DNA of 64,000 nucleotides from Bacteroidales bacterium (GCA_035719105.1 DASTGN010000003.1:198979-262978), one strand, 5' to 3'. Positions 19,832-31,714 are shown, counted from the stretch's first letter. Numbers and translations: made by a program. The notes: generated from the letters alone by a model not told the origin.

Positions 19832-21328
19832 TCAGTAATTCAATCTTTTATTCAAAACCCACACATTCAGCGAATCGCTTTTGTACGAAGGCAGGTCAGA
19901 CGATAATTGCAGGTATTCGGAAGCGTACATGATTGTTGCAGCCAATGCGCCGATCATTTCGTCATCATCGTTTTCGAGCATTTCAGGCGTATAGACAGAA
20001 TCCACCCAACGGGTCGTGTACGTGGCATTCACAAAGGCCGGATGCTGCAAAACAATGCGGCAAAACGGAACCGTGGTTTTCAAACCGATCAGGCTGAAAT
20101 CGTACAAAGCCTTCAACGTTTTTTCGATGACCGTCTCGCGACTTTCTGCATGCACAATAATTTTGGCTACCATGGAGTCAAAATAAGGCGTAATGATAGA
20201 ACCGTCCTGAACCCCTGTTTCGATGCGAATGGATGGATCTTGTGGAAAATAAATCCGATCGATGAATCCCGTTTGAGGAGCAAATCGATTTTGCGGATCT
20301 TCAGCATTAACCCGGCATTCAATGGCCCAACCATTAATCTTAATGTCTTCTTGTCGCAAGGTCAATGTTTCACCCAACGCCACCCGAATTTGCCAATCAA
20401 CCAAATCCACACCTGTAACCATTTCTGTAACAGGATGTTCCACCTGTATACGCGTATTCATCTCCATAAAGTAATACGAACCGTCTTCATCCAAAATAAA
20501 TTCAATCGTTCCGGCCGAATAGTAACCGATGGCTTTTGCAAAACGAACCGCCAGGTCACCCATTTCAGCTCGAGTCTCAGGACTTATGCTGGCTGAAGGT
20601 GCTTCTTCGACTAATTTTTGATGCTTGCGTTGCAAGGAGCATTCCCTTTCACCCAGGTGAACCACGTTTCCGTGTTTGTCACCCATGATTTGAAACTCAA
20701 GGTGTTTCGGATTCTGTAAGTATTTTTCGATGAACATGTCACCGTTTCCGAAAGCAGCCAATGCCTCTTTGGAAGCCGATTTGAAGTTTCGTTCGATGCT
20801 ATCCGATTTCTCGACGATGCGCATCCCGCGACCACCTCCTCCTGCTGAAGCTTTCAGAATCACGGGATATCCAATTTTGTCCGCAAACGTTTTTGCCGCC
20901 AAGGCATCTCGTACCGGACCATCACTACCAGGAACGAGTGGCAAGCCTGCTTTGATTGCCATGCTTTTGGCAACTGTCTTCAAACCCATGTCACGAATCA
21001 ATTGAGGAGACGGACCAATAAAATTGATACCCTTATCGACGCATAATTGTGCAAAATCAGGATTTTCAGACAAGAATCCATATCCAGGGTGAATCAAGTC
21101 AATGGCATTCTCAAGTGCCAATTTCACAATGCGTTCCTGATCCAGAAAAATGGGTTTCTCGTTTTTTGCATCCCCTGCCTGGATGATTTCATCCGCAAAT
21201 TTCAAATAAAAAGCATCCGGTTCGCGGTCGCTTTGAAAAACTACTGCCAAAAGCCCTAGCTTGTGCGCTGAACGGATGAGACGAATTGCGATTTCTCCCC
21301 GATTGGCTATTAATAGACGTTTCTTCAT
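19832..21328 (-). CDS. accC: biotin carboxylase subunit of acyl-CoA carboxylase
   Basis: The start is MKKRLLIANRGEIAIR (ATG at 21328). The ATP-grasp motif GYPVILKASAGGGGRGMR and EMNTRIQVEHPVTE are present. Confidence 0.9.
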   Translation of the reverse strand: MKKRLLIANRGEIAIRLIRSAHKLGLLAVVFQSDREPDAFYLKFADEIIQAGDAKNEKPIFLDQERIVKLALENAIDLIHPGYGFLSENPDFAQLCVDKGINFIGPSPQLIRDMGLKTVAKSMAIKAGLPLVPGSDGPVRDALAAKTFADKIGYPVILKASAGGGGRGMRIVEKSDSIERNFKSASKEALAAFGNGDMFIEKYLQNPKHLEFQIMGDKHGNVVHLGERECSLQRKHQKLVEEAPSASISPETRAEMGDLAVRFAKAIGYYSAGTIEFILDEDGSYYFMEMNTRIQVEHPVTEMVTGVDLVDWQIRVALGETLTLRQEDIKINGWAIECRVNAEDPQNRFAPQTGFIDRIYFPQDPSIRIETGVQDGSIITPYFDSMVAKIIVHAESRETVIEKTLKALYDFSLIGLKTTVPFCRIVLQHPAFVNATYTTRWVDSVYTPEMLENDDDEMIGALAATIMYASEYLQLSSDLPSYKSDSLNVWVLNKRLNY

Positions 21329-21347
21329 TTTACCTTGATTAATGTAT

Positions 21348-22883
21348 TTATAGGGGGATGTTTCCATGTTTACGTGCTGGTTTCATGTATTGTTTGTTCG
21401 AAAGAATGTCAAAAGTTGTGATCAATATTTGACGAGTCGAAGAGGGCTGAATCACTTCGTCAATCAAGGAGAACTCTTCTGCCTTATAAGGGTTGGCCAC
21501 TTCGTCCTTGTATTTATCGGTGAGAATTTTTTCGAGTTCCTCCTTGTTCTCAGCTTTCGATAGTTCGTGCTTGTTAACGATTTTAATGGCTCCTGCCGGC
21601 CCCATGACAGCAATTTCTGCAGTAGGCCAGGCAAAATTAAAGTCACCACCGGTATTCAAGCTGCTCATCACAATGTATGCACCACCATACGCTTTTCGGG
21701 TGATGATGGTGATTTTAGGTACCGTCGCTTCGCAAAAAGCGTACAAAAGTTTGGCTCCGTTTCGAATAATACCATTGTGTTCCTGTTCCAAACCGGGAAG
21801 AAATCCAGGCACATCTTCCAAAATAAGCAATGGAATGTTGAACGCGTCGCAAAACCTTACAAAACGCGCTCCTTTCACACTAGCGTTGATGTCAAGCGTA
21901 CCTGCCATCACTTTGGGCTGGTTGGCGACAATGCCAATGGTCTTACCATCAATGCGTGAAAAACCCACTAAAATGTTTTGGGCAAAATTTTCGTGTACTT
22001 CAAAGAAGGAATCCTTATCGACCAAAATGTTGATGATTTCCCTCATGTCGTATGGACGGTTTGGATCGTCAGGAATAATTTGATTCAGAAACTCTTGGCG
22101 CGTATGGTAGCTGCTCACCAAGTTGGAAACCGGGTGTGGCTCGTAATTATTGGAAGGGATGTAAGACAATAGTTTGCGAATCAACATGATGGTATGTTCC
22201 TCATCATCAGATACAAAATGTGCCACACCACTTTTACTGGCATGAATGGCACCTCCACCCAGACTTTCCATATCCACATCTTCGTTCAAAACTTCTTTGA
22301 CCACATCCGGGCCAGTAACGAACATGTACGAGGTTTGATTCGTCATGAAAATAAAATCTGTCAATGCTGGAGAATAAACCGCACCACCTGCAGCAGGCCC
22401 AAGAATGGCCGATATCTGAGGAATAATGCCTGACGAACGAACATTGTTTCGAAAAATGGTGGCATAAGCCGATAAGCTTTTGACACCTTCTTGAATGCGT
22501 GCTCCTCCCGAATCCATAAGACCGACAATCGGAGCACCCAATTTCAACGCCATTTCCTGCACCTTGGCAATTTTCATGCCGTGTGCGTAGCCCAGCGAAC
22601 CACCCAAGACCGTAAAGTCTTGTGCATAGGCAAATACGCTTCGACCCTGAACCAATCCGCGACCAACGACGACCCCATCACCAAAGTTGGTTTGTCTGCT
22701 GCTCATGGGTGTTTGTGAAGGCATCACAAAAGCATCAAATTCGAAAAAAGTACCCTCGTCGAACAAAACATTCAAACGTTCTCGCGCGGTAAGTTTCCCT
22801 TTTATATGTTGTCGGGTGGCTGCATTGTCCTCTAAATCCTGCAACGTTTTTAATCGTTGCTCAAAAACCTCGTTTTTGTTCAT
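21348..22883 (-). CDS. acyl-CoA carboxylase carboxyltransferase (beta) subunit, propionyl-/methylmalonyl-CoA type
   Basis: 511 aa with two crotonase-like carboxyltransferase halves. It heads the three-gene carboxylase operon. Confidence 0.88.
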   Translation of the reverse strand: MNKNEVFEQRLKTLQDLEDNAATRQHIKGKLTARERLNVLFDEGTFFEFDAFVMPSQTPMSSRQTNFGDGVVVGRGLVQGRSVFAYAQDFTVLGGSLGYAHGMKIAKVQEMALKLGAPIVGLMDSGGARIQEGVKSLSAYATIFRNNVRSSGIIPQISAILGPAAGGAVYSPALTDFIFMTNQTSYMFVTGPDVVKEVLNEDVDMESLGGGAIHASKSGVAHFVSDDEEHTIMLIRKLLSYIPSNNYEPHPVSNLVSSYHTRQEFLNQIIPDDPNRPYDMREIINILVDKDSFFEVHENFAQNILVGFSRIDGKTIGIVANQPKVMAGTLDINASVKGARFVRFCDAFNIPLLILEDVPGFLPGLEQEHNGIIRNGAKLLYAFCEATVPKITIITRKAYGGAYIVMSSLNTGGDFNFAWPTAEIAVMGPAGAIKIVNKHELSKAENKEELEKILTDKYKDEVANPYKAEEFSLIDEVIQPSSTRQILITTFDILSNKQYMKPARKHGNIPL

Positions 22884-22982
22884 TCCTTATTGCTTGAAAT
22901 TCATTGTGACCTATTAATTGCACAAAAGTAACAAAAATGTGCAATAATTGAGATAAATCACGTGAATTTAAAAGGAATTGCA

Positions 22983-24425
22983 TCAACCATTCTGAAAATC
23001 ATGCTCATGCAAGCAAAATGGTACTGTAAATTTAAAGATGGATCCCTCTCCTTCGTTGCTTTCCACCCAAATTTCACCACCAAGTAACTCAACATAGGCT
23101 TTGGCGATGGTCAAACCTAGGCCGTTACCCTCGTGGTCCCTGGTCATGGAATCATTTCCCTGCCGGAAATATTCAAAAATAAACGATTTCTGCACATCGT
23201 TGACGCCCACTCCAGAATCCTTGACGTAAAATTCAAGATGGCTGCCAGTAGACCGATATCCGATTTCCACAAAACCCTTAGGAGTAAATTTAAAGGCATT
23301 CCAGGTTAATTTTTCTAATATCGTATGCAACAATTCCGAATCCGTATAAAAATTGAGGTTCATGTCATCCTGGGCAATGTTGCATCTATATTCCAATCCC
23401 TTTTCGCTAGCAATGCCCGAGAATCGATCCTGCAATCGATACAATTGCTCTGCCATGTTGGTACGGACTATCGTTGCAGAAATCTGCCCGGATTGAACCC
23501 TGGACAAATCGATGATGTCGTTAATGGTATTCAGCATTCGTTGCCCGGAATTGATCATGTTCTGCAAATACAGCTGCTTGTATTGGGCAGACAAGTTTTG
23601 TTCCTTTAGCAAGCCGGCAAAACCCAAAATGGAGTTCATCGGAGTTCTGATTTCATGACTGATGTTTTTCAGAAAAGAAGTTTTCAACCGGTCGCTTTCT
23701 TCCGCTTTTTCTTTTGAAATCAATAAATCAGCTTCAGCCTTTTTCAAAAGCATGAAGTCTTTTTTAAGTTTTTGGCTGTTGCTGATGATTCTGAATATGG
23801 CGATGACCACCATCATCGAAAGCAAAATCACCAGGACAATCAGAAACAAGTCCTTGTTTCTTTTAGATTTCCAAACCTTGGCGTTGAAATCCATTCCAAA
23901 AACGGCAAAATTCTGATGTGTAATCGGATGCTGGAGTGGTATCAACACACTAACCCAGTCTCCCCAGCGATTTTTCGAATATACTACCATGGGAATGCTT
24001 CCATTGTCCATTAACTGATGATCCATTATCGTCACTCCCTTCAATTCCTCACCGGCAGAAGCGTAATTTGGGCTTTCGTTGGGTTCAGAATCGGCCATGA
24101 CATACATTTTCCCATTCCTCTTGGTGAACACATAAGAATAAACCGCTGAAGAATTGACCGAAGTGATGTCAGCCAACATTTTTTTTATGACCGCATATTC
24201 GATTTTCAACGTATCTTCAGAAACCGCATTCAAATTGATCAGGTCATTATAATGCATCATAGCAGCGGCCGTCAATGCAATTTGCTTAACTTCAGCATAT
24301 TGATCCTTGTTCGCTTGGATAACCCTTCTAATTTGGTAGATGCCAAATACCAAAACCAATAAAATAACCAGCACCGTTATAACTCGAAAATTGTCCTTAG
24401 TCTTTGCCTGTTTGTTCAGTTGCAT
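22983..24425 (-). CDS. sensor histidine kinase (orphan in this window)
   Basis: It has two TM segments around an extracytoplasmic domain, the H-box SHEIRTPMNSILG and HATPase_c motifs (GNGLGLTIAK). The start overlaps the antiporter gene end by 29 nt. Confidence 0.85.
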   Translation of the reverse strand: MQLNKQAKTKDNFRVITVLVILLVLVFGIYQIRRVIQANKDQYAEVKQIALTAAAMMHYNDLINLNAVSEDTLKIEYAVIKKMLADITSVNSSAVYSYVFTKRNGKMYVMADSEPNESPNYASAGEELKGVTIMDHQLMDNGSIPMVVYSKNRWGDWVSVLIPLQHPITHQNFAVFGMDFNAKVWKSKRNKDLFLIVLVILLSMMVVIAIFRIISNSQKLKKDFMLLKKAEADLLISKEKAEESDRLKTSFLKNISHEIRTPMNSILGFAGLLKEQNLSAQYKQLYLQNMINSGQRMLNTINDIIDLSRVQSGQISATIVRTNMAEQLYRLQDRFSGIASEKGLEYRCNIAQDDMNLNFYTDSELLHTILEKLTWNAFKFTPKGFVEIGYRSTGSHLEFYVKDSGVGVNDVQKSFIFEYFRQGNDSMTRDHEGNGLGLTIAKAYVELLGGEIWVESNEGEGSIFKFTVPFCLHEHDFQNG

Positions 24426-26673
24426 GAAATCGACTTGTTTTTTTGCTAATGATCAATGTAGAAGGAATGTTTTCCAACACCCGATCCTGCGAAGTGGAAT
24501 AATGATTCCATGCTGCGTAACTGATGAGCAGGAAACTATAATTTGAAACATACGTGGAAGAAACATGCATGTTTTTACTCACTTTCACAGCCGTCGGGAA
24601 TTCTTCCTTCAAGGCAGCAATACCTTCACCAATTACGGAATCGGTTTCAGTCAGTCTATGCACGTCCATAATGCGGATGGTCACTTCACCGTTGTTGCGC
24701 AACAATCGTCTGGCATAACGCAATAGAAACTCATCCTCTGGTTTATCAATAAAAACCAATGTTTTGGTAATTCTTGAAAAATTTCTATTCACAAAAACAC
24801 CAACGCTGCAATTGGAATTTTCGATAAAAAACCTCGTTTTATCCTTTATTAATGATCCGGGATAGAAAAAATCTTTCCTGAAAAATGATCTACTCGGTAA
24901 GGTAACTCCGGCTCCCACCAATAAGAAATCAAAACCTTCGTGATTAACCGTATGGACAATTTCATGACCAATATTATCGGTCACTTTGTAGCGCGTGTCG
25001 ATGGGAAGATTCAATAGAGCAGCTTCTTCACGGATTTTTTTGAAACTGTCCACAGAATATTCCTCACCATGAATGGGGTTCACATCAGTTCCCACCGTGA
25101 TGTGCAACACCGTCACTGACAGACTGTTTTTAGCGCCGTCCAGCACCGTTTTCGCCACGTTTAACAAGTATTTGCCATTTTCCGGGTTACCACAGGCTAC
25201 CAAGGCATTGAAAATACCCAACGCTTTTTGACGGTTTCGTTCCTCAGCAATGTTCCGCAAAGGATACAGGAATTCAATCAGGTTCATGGCAGGCGTCGTC
25301 ATAAAGGTGGTGAACAGAGCCATAATAACCAACATCACAAAGATGGCAGGTGGCAGAATGCCCATTTCATAACCGATGTTGAGCACGATCAGTTCCATCA
25401 ACCCTCTGGTATTCATTAGAATACCCAATGCTAGGCTATCCCGCTTGCTTTCACCCAAGAATCGGGACGATAGAGAACTGCCACCGAATTTTCCAACGAT
25501 AGCCACCAAAATAATCAACGCACAAACTGCCCACAAATGAGGAGTATTCAACAAGCCAATTTCCGTTCTAAGTCCAGTAAATACGAAAAAAAGCGGTAAC
25601 AAAAGAGTAACCGAAAGGTCCTCCACCTTGTCTATCATCATTTTCCGGAAATTGGGCAAGGGAGGCATGATGACACCTGCCAAAAAGGCACCAAAAAGGG
25701 CATGAATTCCAATGATTTGTGTGGCAAGCGCCGAACAAACCAATACGAGCAGAAAAAACGCAACGATGCTTTTGTTCAGAACCTCTGCATTTTGGTAAAT
25801 CTCACCAATTTTCTTTAAAAAAGGTCTTAATACAAAAATCATGAAAATAATATAAGCGACAGCCGCCCCAATCGTATAGATCGAACTGGCCAAACTACCT
25901 GTTTTGGCAATGGCTATGACTGCAGCGAGCAAACACCAGGCAGTGACATCCCCAATCGCCGCACTAGCCAAAGCCAATGTTCCCAAATGGGTTCGTGTCA
26001 GGCCCTTTTCCTGAACTATTCTAGCCAATACAGGGAAAGCCGTTATACTCATCGAAATACCCATGAACAAGGCAAACGAGACAAAATCCGTTTTACCGAC
26101 TGCGAATTCACCATATAAATAATAGGCCACCACCATCCCAAGAAAGAAAGGAATGATGATACTGGCGTGGCTGATTACCCAGGTTTCACCAATCTTGTCC
26201 CTAAGTGCCTTCATGTTCAATTCCATACCGATGGTAAACATGAATAATATCAGCCCTAACTGACTAAGAATGTATAAGTTATTTAAAGAGCCAGGAGCAA
26301 AAAGAAAATGGAAGGCACCTGGAAAGAAATTACCCAATAAGGACGGCCCCAACACGATCCCAGCTAATATTTCACCTATAACCGTCGGTTGACCGATTTT
26401 GGCAAAAAGCCATCCAAACATGCGGGAACAAATAAGAATGGAAATAATTTGCAACAAAAGCATGGCAGCAGGTTCACCAACGCTCAACAGCAGCGATTTT
26501 AGAAACACCAGCCAATTCGAATCCATATTGGTTGAAACAACCGAAGACAAATGACTGTTTCCATCAGATTCAAACCGAATCGAACCATTCTTGAACAAGA
26601 CAAATGTCAATCCTCCGAACACAACGATCAGGGCTATGTAAAAAAGGATGAATTTCCACTTCTTGTTATGCAT
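24397..26673 (-). CDS. cation:proton antiporter (CPA2/Kef-type) with a long cytoplasmic C-terminal (USP-like) region
   Basis: An N-terminal domain of about 430 aa with 12-13 TM helices carries Na+/H+ exchanger-type glycine-rich helices. A soluble tail of about 320 aa follows. Confidence 0.8.
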   Translation of the reverse strand: MHNKKWKFILFYIALIVVFGGLTFVLFKNGSIRFESDGNSHLSSVVSTNMDSNWLVFLKSLLLSVGEPAAMLLLQIISILICSRMFGWLFAKIGQPTVIGEILAGIVLGPSLLGNFFPGAFHFLFAPGSLNNLYILSQLGLILFMFTIGMELNMKALRDKIGETWVISHASIIIPFFLGMVVAYYLYGEFAVGKTDFVSFALFMGISMSITAFPVLARIVQEKGLTRTHLGTLALASAAIGDVTAWCLLAAVIAIAKTGSLASSIYTIGAAVAYIIFMIFVLRPFLKKIGEIYQNAEVLNKSIVAFFLLVLVCSALATQIIGIHALFGAFLAGVIMPPLPNFRKMMIDKVEDLSVTLLLPLFFVFTGLRTEIGLLNTPHLWAVCALIILVAIVGKFGGSSLSSRFLGESKRDSLALGILMNTRGLMELIVLNIGYEMGILPPAIFVMLVIMALFTTFMTTPAMNLIEFLYPLRNIAEERNRQKALGIFNALVACGNPENGKYLLNVAKTVLDGAKNSLSVTVLHITVGTDVNPIHGEEYSVDSFKKIREEAALLNLPIDTRYKVTDNIGHEIVHTVNHEGFDFLLVGAGVTLPSRSFFRKDFFYPGSLIKDKTRFFIENSNCSVGVFVNRNFSRITKTLVFIDKPEDEFLLRYARRLLRNNGEVTIRIMDVHRLTETDSVIGEGIAALKEEFPTAVKVSKNMHVSSTYVSNYSFLLISYAAWNHYSTSQDRVLENIPSTLIISKKTSRFHATEQTGKD

Positions 26674-26761
26674 ATCCGTTCTATGTGATTGGACTTAAGG
26701 TTTTTTGTGCTCTCCGTTGCAAATGTAAGAATTTTCCTGTTTTAAGAAAGGAATTTTGCCT

Positions 26762-26769
26762 TACCTTTG
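26762..26769 (+). promoter_or_regulatory. Bacteroidota -7 promoter box upstream of panB
   Basis: TACCTTTG lies 39 nt before the panB ATG. Confidence 0.45.
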
Positions 26770-26807
26770 CACTACAAATCCCGATTATTCGGCAAAAAAC
26801 AATACAT

Positions 26808-27626
26808 ATGTCCGTACATCAAGAAGATTCCCGAAAAGTAACCACCCATCGGTTGGTAGAAATGAAGCAACGTGGCGAAAAAATTGCCATGCTTACTGCT
26901 TACGACTATTCCATGGCCAAACTCATCGACCAGGCAGGGATGGATGTCATTTTGGTAGGAGATTCTGCTTCGAACGTCATTGGGGGCAACATCACCACAC
27001 TTCCCATCACCCTCGATCAAATGATTTACCACGGAAAATCGGTTGTTCGCGCTGTCACTCGGGCACTTGTCGTGGTGGACATGCCCTTTGGAACCTGTTC
27101 CGGAAACCCCTTGGAATCGCTCAATGCAGCCATTCGCATCATGAAGGAAACCGGTGCGGACGCGCTCAAGATTGAAGGTGGCAAAGAAATCATTGCCGAT
27201 ATCAAAAAAATCATTGATGCTGGTCTTCCCGTCATGGGTCATTTGGGCCTGATGCCTCAATCCATCAATAAATACGGTACTTACACGGTTCGAGCAAAAG
27301 ATGAAGCCGAAGCTAAAAAATTACTGGAAGATGCCCATTTGTTGCAAGAGGTCGGTTGTTTCGGCATTGTGCTTGAAAAAATACCGGCAGCCGTAGGCGC
27401 AAAAATAGCTAAGGAAATCGACATCCCCGTCATTGGCATCGGAGCCGGCAACGGCGTGGACGGTCAAGTGCTGGTGATGCACGACATGTTGGGTATCACG
27501 CAGGAATTCTCTCCCCGCTTTCTTCGTCGCTACGCCAATTTGCAAGAAACCATCATCCATTCTGTCAACGACTACGTGAACGATGTCAAGAACCGCGAAT
27601 TCCCGAGCGACCAAGAACAATATTGA
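26808..27626 (+). CDS. panB: 3-methyl-2-oxobutanoate hydroxymethyltransferase
   Basis: The start is [16 protein letters not shown] (ATG at 26808). The motifs LTAYDY, VGDS and KIEGG are present. The track start at 26685 is an unlikely extension. Confidence 0.92.
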   Translation: MSVHQEDSRKVTTHRLVEMKQRGEKIAMLTAYDYSMAKLIDQAGMDVILVGDSASNVIGGNITTLPITLDQMIYHGKSVVRAVTRALVVVDMPFGTCSGNPLESLNAAIRIMKETGADALKIEGGKEIIADIKKIIDAGLPVMGHLGLMPQSINKYGTYTVRAKDEAEAKKLLEDAHLLQEVGCFGIVLEKIPAAVGAKIAKEIDIPVIGIGAGNGVDGQVLVMHDMLGITQEFSPRFLRRYANLQETIIHSVNDYVNDVKNREFPSDQEQY

Positions 27627-27721
27627 ATTTAATTCCCTAAGACCATTGGTATTTTTCGAAATGTTGCATATATTTGCCAGTAGAAACTATTTACAAAATA
27701 AAATATATAACCGGTAACTAT

Positions 27722-29716
27722 ATGAAACGGGGATTATATCTTTTCTTTTTACTGTTCCTCAGCTTGGCAGTACACGCTCAAATACTGGATCCCATTCACT
27801 GGGACGTCCGTTTGAAGCCCATCGACAATACGAACTATCAGATTGTTTTTCTAGCAACCATCGACGATGGCTGGCACCTATATAATATGGACTTACCCGA
27901 AGGAGGTCCCGTTTCCACTTCTTTCGAAATAGAGGTCAAACAAGGTTTGACTTTGGACGGAAAGACTCTCGCCACCAGCAAACCCGTCGTCAAAAAGGAT
28001 GTGCAATTTGACATGGTTTTGAGTTGGTTTGTACGCGAAGCCATCTTCCTACAAAAAATCAACATTTCCAATCCCAAAACTTTCCATTTGAAAGGGCATG
28101 TCCAATACATGGCTTGTAATGATGAAAGCTGCCTACCTCCTACTCCGTTTGATTTCGAGTTTACACCAAGCGATTTAACTAAAAATACGGGAAGCGCAAC
28201 CAAAACGACCGAAAAGGCAAAAACAGACACTACAGCTGAAACTTTACCAGTTGCCGCTTGGTCCACCGATACATTGCAGACTTCATCGGAACTAACTGCG
28301 AATCCCCTTTGGAAGCCCGTCATTGCCGAGCTGAAAAGGCTCAACAACGACGCTTCGTCCCACCAACACGGAACTTCCTGGTGGTTCTTACTTTTGTCAG
28401 GTTTTTTGGGAGGCTTATTGGCCTTGTTGACACCCTGCGTCTGGCCCATCATCCCAATGACCGTCAGCTTCTTTCTCAAACGCAACAAAGACCGACGAAA
28501 AGCCGTTCGGGAAGCCATTCTTTATGGCCTTTCCATCATCGTCATTTACCTAATTCTAGGCATCGGAATTACCTTATTGTTTGGATCCAGCGCCTTGAAC
28601 AGCCTTTCCACCAATGCTTTCTTCAATCTTTTATTTTTTGCACTTCTTGTCGTTTTTGCGATTTCGTTTTTCGGAGCCTTCGAGATGGTTCTACCTTCTT
28701 CCTGGACCAATAAAATGGACCAAAAAGCCGACTCCACATCCGGTTTGCTGAGCATTTTCTTTATGGCCTTTACCCTGGCTCTTGTATCATTTTCCTGCAC
28801 TGGCCCCATCATTGGTACCTTGCTGGTCGAAGCCGCTACGACAGGCTCCGTTCTAGGCCCTGCTCTGGGTATGTTTGGTTTCGCCACCGCCTTAGCGATT
28901 CCCTTTGCCCTATTTGCTCTTTTCCCGAATTTGCTTCAACGCATGCCCAAATCGGGAGGCTGGCTCCAAACGGTTAAAGTAGTTCTAGGTTTCCTTGAAC
29001 TCGCATTTGCACTTAAATTCCTTTCAGTGGCTGACCTGGCCTATGGCTGGGGCATACTCAGCCGTCAAACCTTCCTCATCCTGTGGATTGCCAATTTCGG
29101 CATCATGGGCTTGTGGCTTATTTTTAAAGTTCGAAAATTCAGTACGATTCGTCTCTTGCTCGGATTGGTTTCACTGACCTTTTCCGGTTGGATGGCAACA
29201 GGACTCTGGGGTGCCCCGCTTGCTTCCATCAGTGCCTTTGCACCACCCGCCACCGCCAAAGACAGTAAACTCTACCAGACACAAGTTCACGCTGCATTTA
29301 CCGATTACGAAGCAGGCATGGCTTATGCCAAATCCACCAATAAGCCCGTTATGATTGACTTTTCGGGCTTCGGTTGTGTCAATTGCCGCAAAATGGAAAA
29401 CTCAGTTTGGCAAGACGAACGCGTCAAAAACATCCTGAAAAACGATTATGTACTCATTACGCTGATGGTTGACGACAAAACTTCGCTCGATAAACCGTTG
29501 GAAATTGTTGTCAATGGCAAAAAACGTACGCTACGAACCATTGGGGACAAGTGGAGCTACCTGCAACAATACAAGTTTGGCGCCAACGCCCAACCGTTTT
29601 ACGTATTGTTGGATCGTGACGCCAATCTGCTTGGTCCTAGCCGTGCTTACGACGAAGACACCAAATCGTATATAGAATTTCTGAATGCAGGTTTGAGTGT
29701 TTACAAATCCAGATAG
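27722..29716 (+). CDS. dsbD: thiol:disulfide interchange protein DsbD-like (N-terminal domain + CcdA-type membrane core + C-terminal thioredoxin)
   Basis: The ATG at 27722 gives the signal MKRGLYLFFLLFLSLAVHAQ. Membrane Cys residues occur in LTPCVWPIIP and FSCTGPIIG, and the C-terminal Trx motif is GFGCVNCRKME. Confidence 0.85.
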   Translation: MKRGLYLFFLLFLSLAVHAQILDPIHWDVRLKPIDNTNYQIVFLATIDDGWHLYNMDLPEGGPVSTSFEIEVKQGLTLDGKTLATSKPVVKKDVQFDMVLSWFVREAIFLQKINISNPKTFHLKGHVQYMACNDESCLPPTPFDFEFTPSDLTKNTGSATKTTEKAKTDTTAETLPVAAWSTDTLQTSSELTANPLWKPVIAELKRLNNDASSHQHGTSWWFLLLSGFLGGLLALLTPCVWPIIPMTVSFFLKRNKDRRKAVREAILYGLSIIVIYLILGIGITLLFGSSALNSLSTNAFFNLLFFALLVVFAISFFGAFEMVLPSSWTNKMDQKADSTSGLLSIFFMAFTLALVSFSCTGPIIGTLLVEAATTGSVLGPALGMFGFATALAIPFALFALFPNLLQRMPKSGGWLQTVKVVLGFLELAFALKFLSVADLAYGWGILSRQTFLILWIANFGIMGLWLIFKVRKFSTIRLLLGLVSLTFSGWMATGLWGAPLASISAFAPPATAKDSKLYQTQVHAAFTDYEAGMAYAKSTNKPVMIDFSGFGCVNCRKMENSVWQDERVKNILKNDYVLITLMVDDKTSLDKPLEIVVNGKKRTLRTIGDKWSYLQQYKFGANAQPFYVLLDRDANLLGPSRAYDEDTKSYIEFLNAGLSVYKSR

Positions 29717-29725
29717 TAAATTGCT

Positions 29726-31714
29726 CTATTCTATTTCATTGAATATCAGCACAAAACCTCCATTTCCCTTAACCGATATTTGTTCCATGGTGGACGAAGA
29801 AGCGGTTTCGGCAGTTCGGGGCAGCTCTCCACAAACCACTGCATTGTTGGAATCTTGCTGATCCTGAATCAAAAAACCCTTCAAATCTTTTTCAGATAAG
29901 GTACTCGTATCAAACGAAAGGGTTTTAGCTACGTTTTCTCCATTAATGCCAGCAACATACCACGTTTTACCAGAACGCCTGGCCACGACACAATCTTTAC
30001 CCGGATAACCTGCCAAAAATCGTGTTTCATCCCAAACCGTGGGTATATCCTTCAAATAGTTGATCACCTCAGCAGGCAATTGAGACAGGTTTTCGGGTAT
30101 CAATCCAAAGTGTTGTACACCAGAAAAAAACACCACTGGAAGTGCCAATTCGAAAGCCATAGTCGTTCTGCGAATGGGGCCACTTTTTCTGTCTGCCCCT
30201 AGCCGTTCGTTAAGAATGATGGGGGTAAAATCCATAGGGCCAACGACATTGCGAAGAAATGGCAACGTAGCGCAATGTTGGGGTTCTCTGTCCGCATCGT
30301 ATTGGCTGAATGTCACGAATTCCATTCCTTTGACCGACTCGTCCGTCACAAAATTGGGATAAATACGCTCCCACCCTCTGGGCAAGGTTGTTCCATGAAA
30401 GTTGACAGTCAATCCGAAATCGTTGGCATCCTTTAAAATATCCTCGTAATATTGCATGAAAAATTGCTTGTCACTGCCAAAAAAATCAACCTTAATCCCC
30501 TTTATGCCAATACTTTGCATCCATTTCATTTCAGCTCTTCGAATTTCCTGGTTATCCATGCAGTTTTTAGGCGTTTGAGGCGCATCGTTCCATTTTCCGT
30601 TTGAATTGTACCAAAGCAACAATCCAACACCCTTAATATCAGCATAAACCGCCAGGGTGCTAATATTTTCCCTACCAATCTGAACATCCCAAGGGGCATC
30701 GATCAGGCAATAATCGAAATTCAAGGTATCGGCCAAATCGATGAACTTACGAGTCACGTCATACGTAATGCTGTCGTCTTTCAAAACCAACCAACTCCAG
30801 GTCGCTTTGCCTGGTTTGTAAATCCCTTTGGCTTTGTACATTGGCTTTACGAGGTCTGTTGCCATGGTCGACTGGGCAATGGCCGTTGGCGCGTCCCCCA
30901 CAATCATCATTCTCCAAGGGGTTTCGTAGGGTAGCGACATCATGGCCTTGGAGTGTTGTCCGGGCAGACCTTCAGCAACATTCGGGAATTCAATCCGATA
31001 AAGACTGTCGGTCGACAAATGTGCCAAATGAGTGCCACAATACGTGCCAGTGGTACCTGTTTCGCTAATCAATACCCAACCGGCACCGGGAATATTGAAC
31101 AAAGCCGGATACGACCAACCACAACCCAATGTGGAAGGCGTTCCGACAGGAATGTTTTGTTGGTAATGTTCTTCGTAACTTGGATTGGTACGTGCGAAAC
31201 CGGTGTGCGCTTGAGAAAGCGGAGTCATAAACGCTGTAGCATTGCCCGGAAAACGATAGCCACCTAGCTCCCGATTGATGGTGCAGGAGCCAGAGCCGTG
31301 CAATTTATATCGATAAGCCACCCCATCGTTAGAAACCCTGAAAATCAAATCCATGGCTCTCGATTGAGCATTTTTTAAATAGACTTGCACCTCCCTGTAT
31401 GCCACAGAAATTTGAGACTTTTTACCAATGGGTTGCGTATAGTTTTCATATTTAACCTGTTCCGAATTTTTTCGGGTTTGTTTGAGTTCCTCACCAAAGG
31501 AGCCCAATGACGTTTCCAAACCAAGCGGGGATTGACGCACAACCAAGTTCTCTTTGTAAAAAACTTTGAAATAAAACCGGCCTTGTTGATTCAAAATTTG
31601 AAGAGCCACCTTCTTATCAGGGCTCCGATAGAAAACATCGGTCTTTGTCTTGGATGCAAACGACCAGCCGATAGACAATAGAACGGTGAGAAGCATTAGG
31701 TAGATGCGTTTCAT
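29726..31714 (-). CDS. glycoside hydrolase family 97 (alpha-glucosidase/alpha-galactosidase-like), secreted
   Basis: A signal peptide is present. The GH97-type N-terminal beta-sandwich (SPDKKVALQI...SPLGLE) and a TIM barrel with IGIKGIKVDFFGSDKQ support the call. Confidence 0.78.
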   Translation of the reverse strand: MKRIYLMLLTVLLSIGWSFASKTKTDVFYRSPDKKVALQILNQQGRFYFKVFYKENLVVRQSPLGLETSLGSFGEELKQTRKNSEQVKYENYTQPIGKKSQISVAYREVQVYLKNAQSRAMDLIFRVSNDGVAYRYKLHGSGSCTINRELGGYRFPGNATAFMTPLSQAHTGFARTNPSYEEHYQQNIPVGTPSTLGCGWSYPALFNIPGAGWVLISETGTTGTYCGTHLAHLSTDSLYRIEFPNVAEGLPGQHSKAMMSLPYETPWRMMIVGDAPTAIAQSTMATDLVKPMYKAKGIYKPGKATWSWLVLKDDSITYDVTRKFIDLADTLNFDYCLIDAPWDVQIGRENISTLAVYADIKGVGLLLWYNSNGKWNDAPQTPKNCMDNQEIRRAEMKWMQSIGIKGIKVDFFGSDKQFFMQYYEDILKDANDFGLTVNFHGTTLPRGWERIYPNFVTDESVKGMEFVTFSQYDADREPQHCATLPFLRNVVGPMDFTPIILNERLGADRKSGPIRRTTMAFELALPVVFFSGVQHFGLIPENLSQLPAEVINYLKDIPTVWDETRFLAGYPGKDCVVARRSGKTWYVAGINGENVAKTLSFDTSTLSEKDLKGFLIQDQQDSNNAVVCGELPRTAETASSSTMEQISVKGNGGFVLIFNEIE

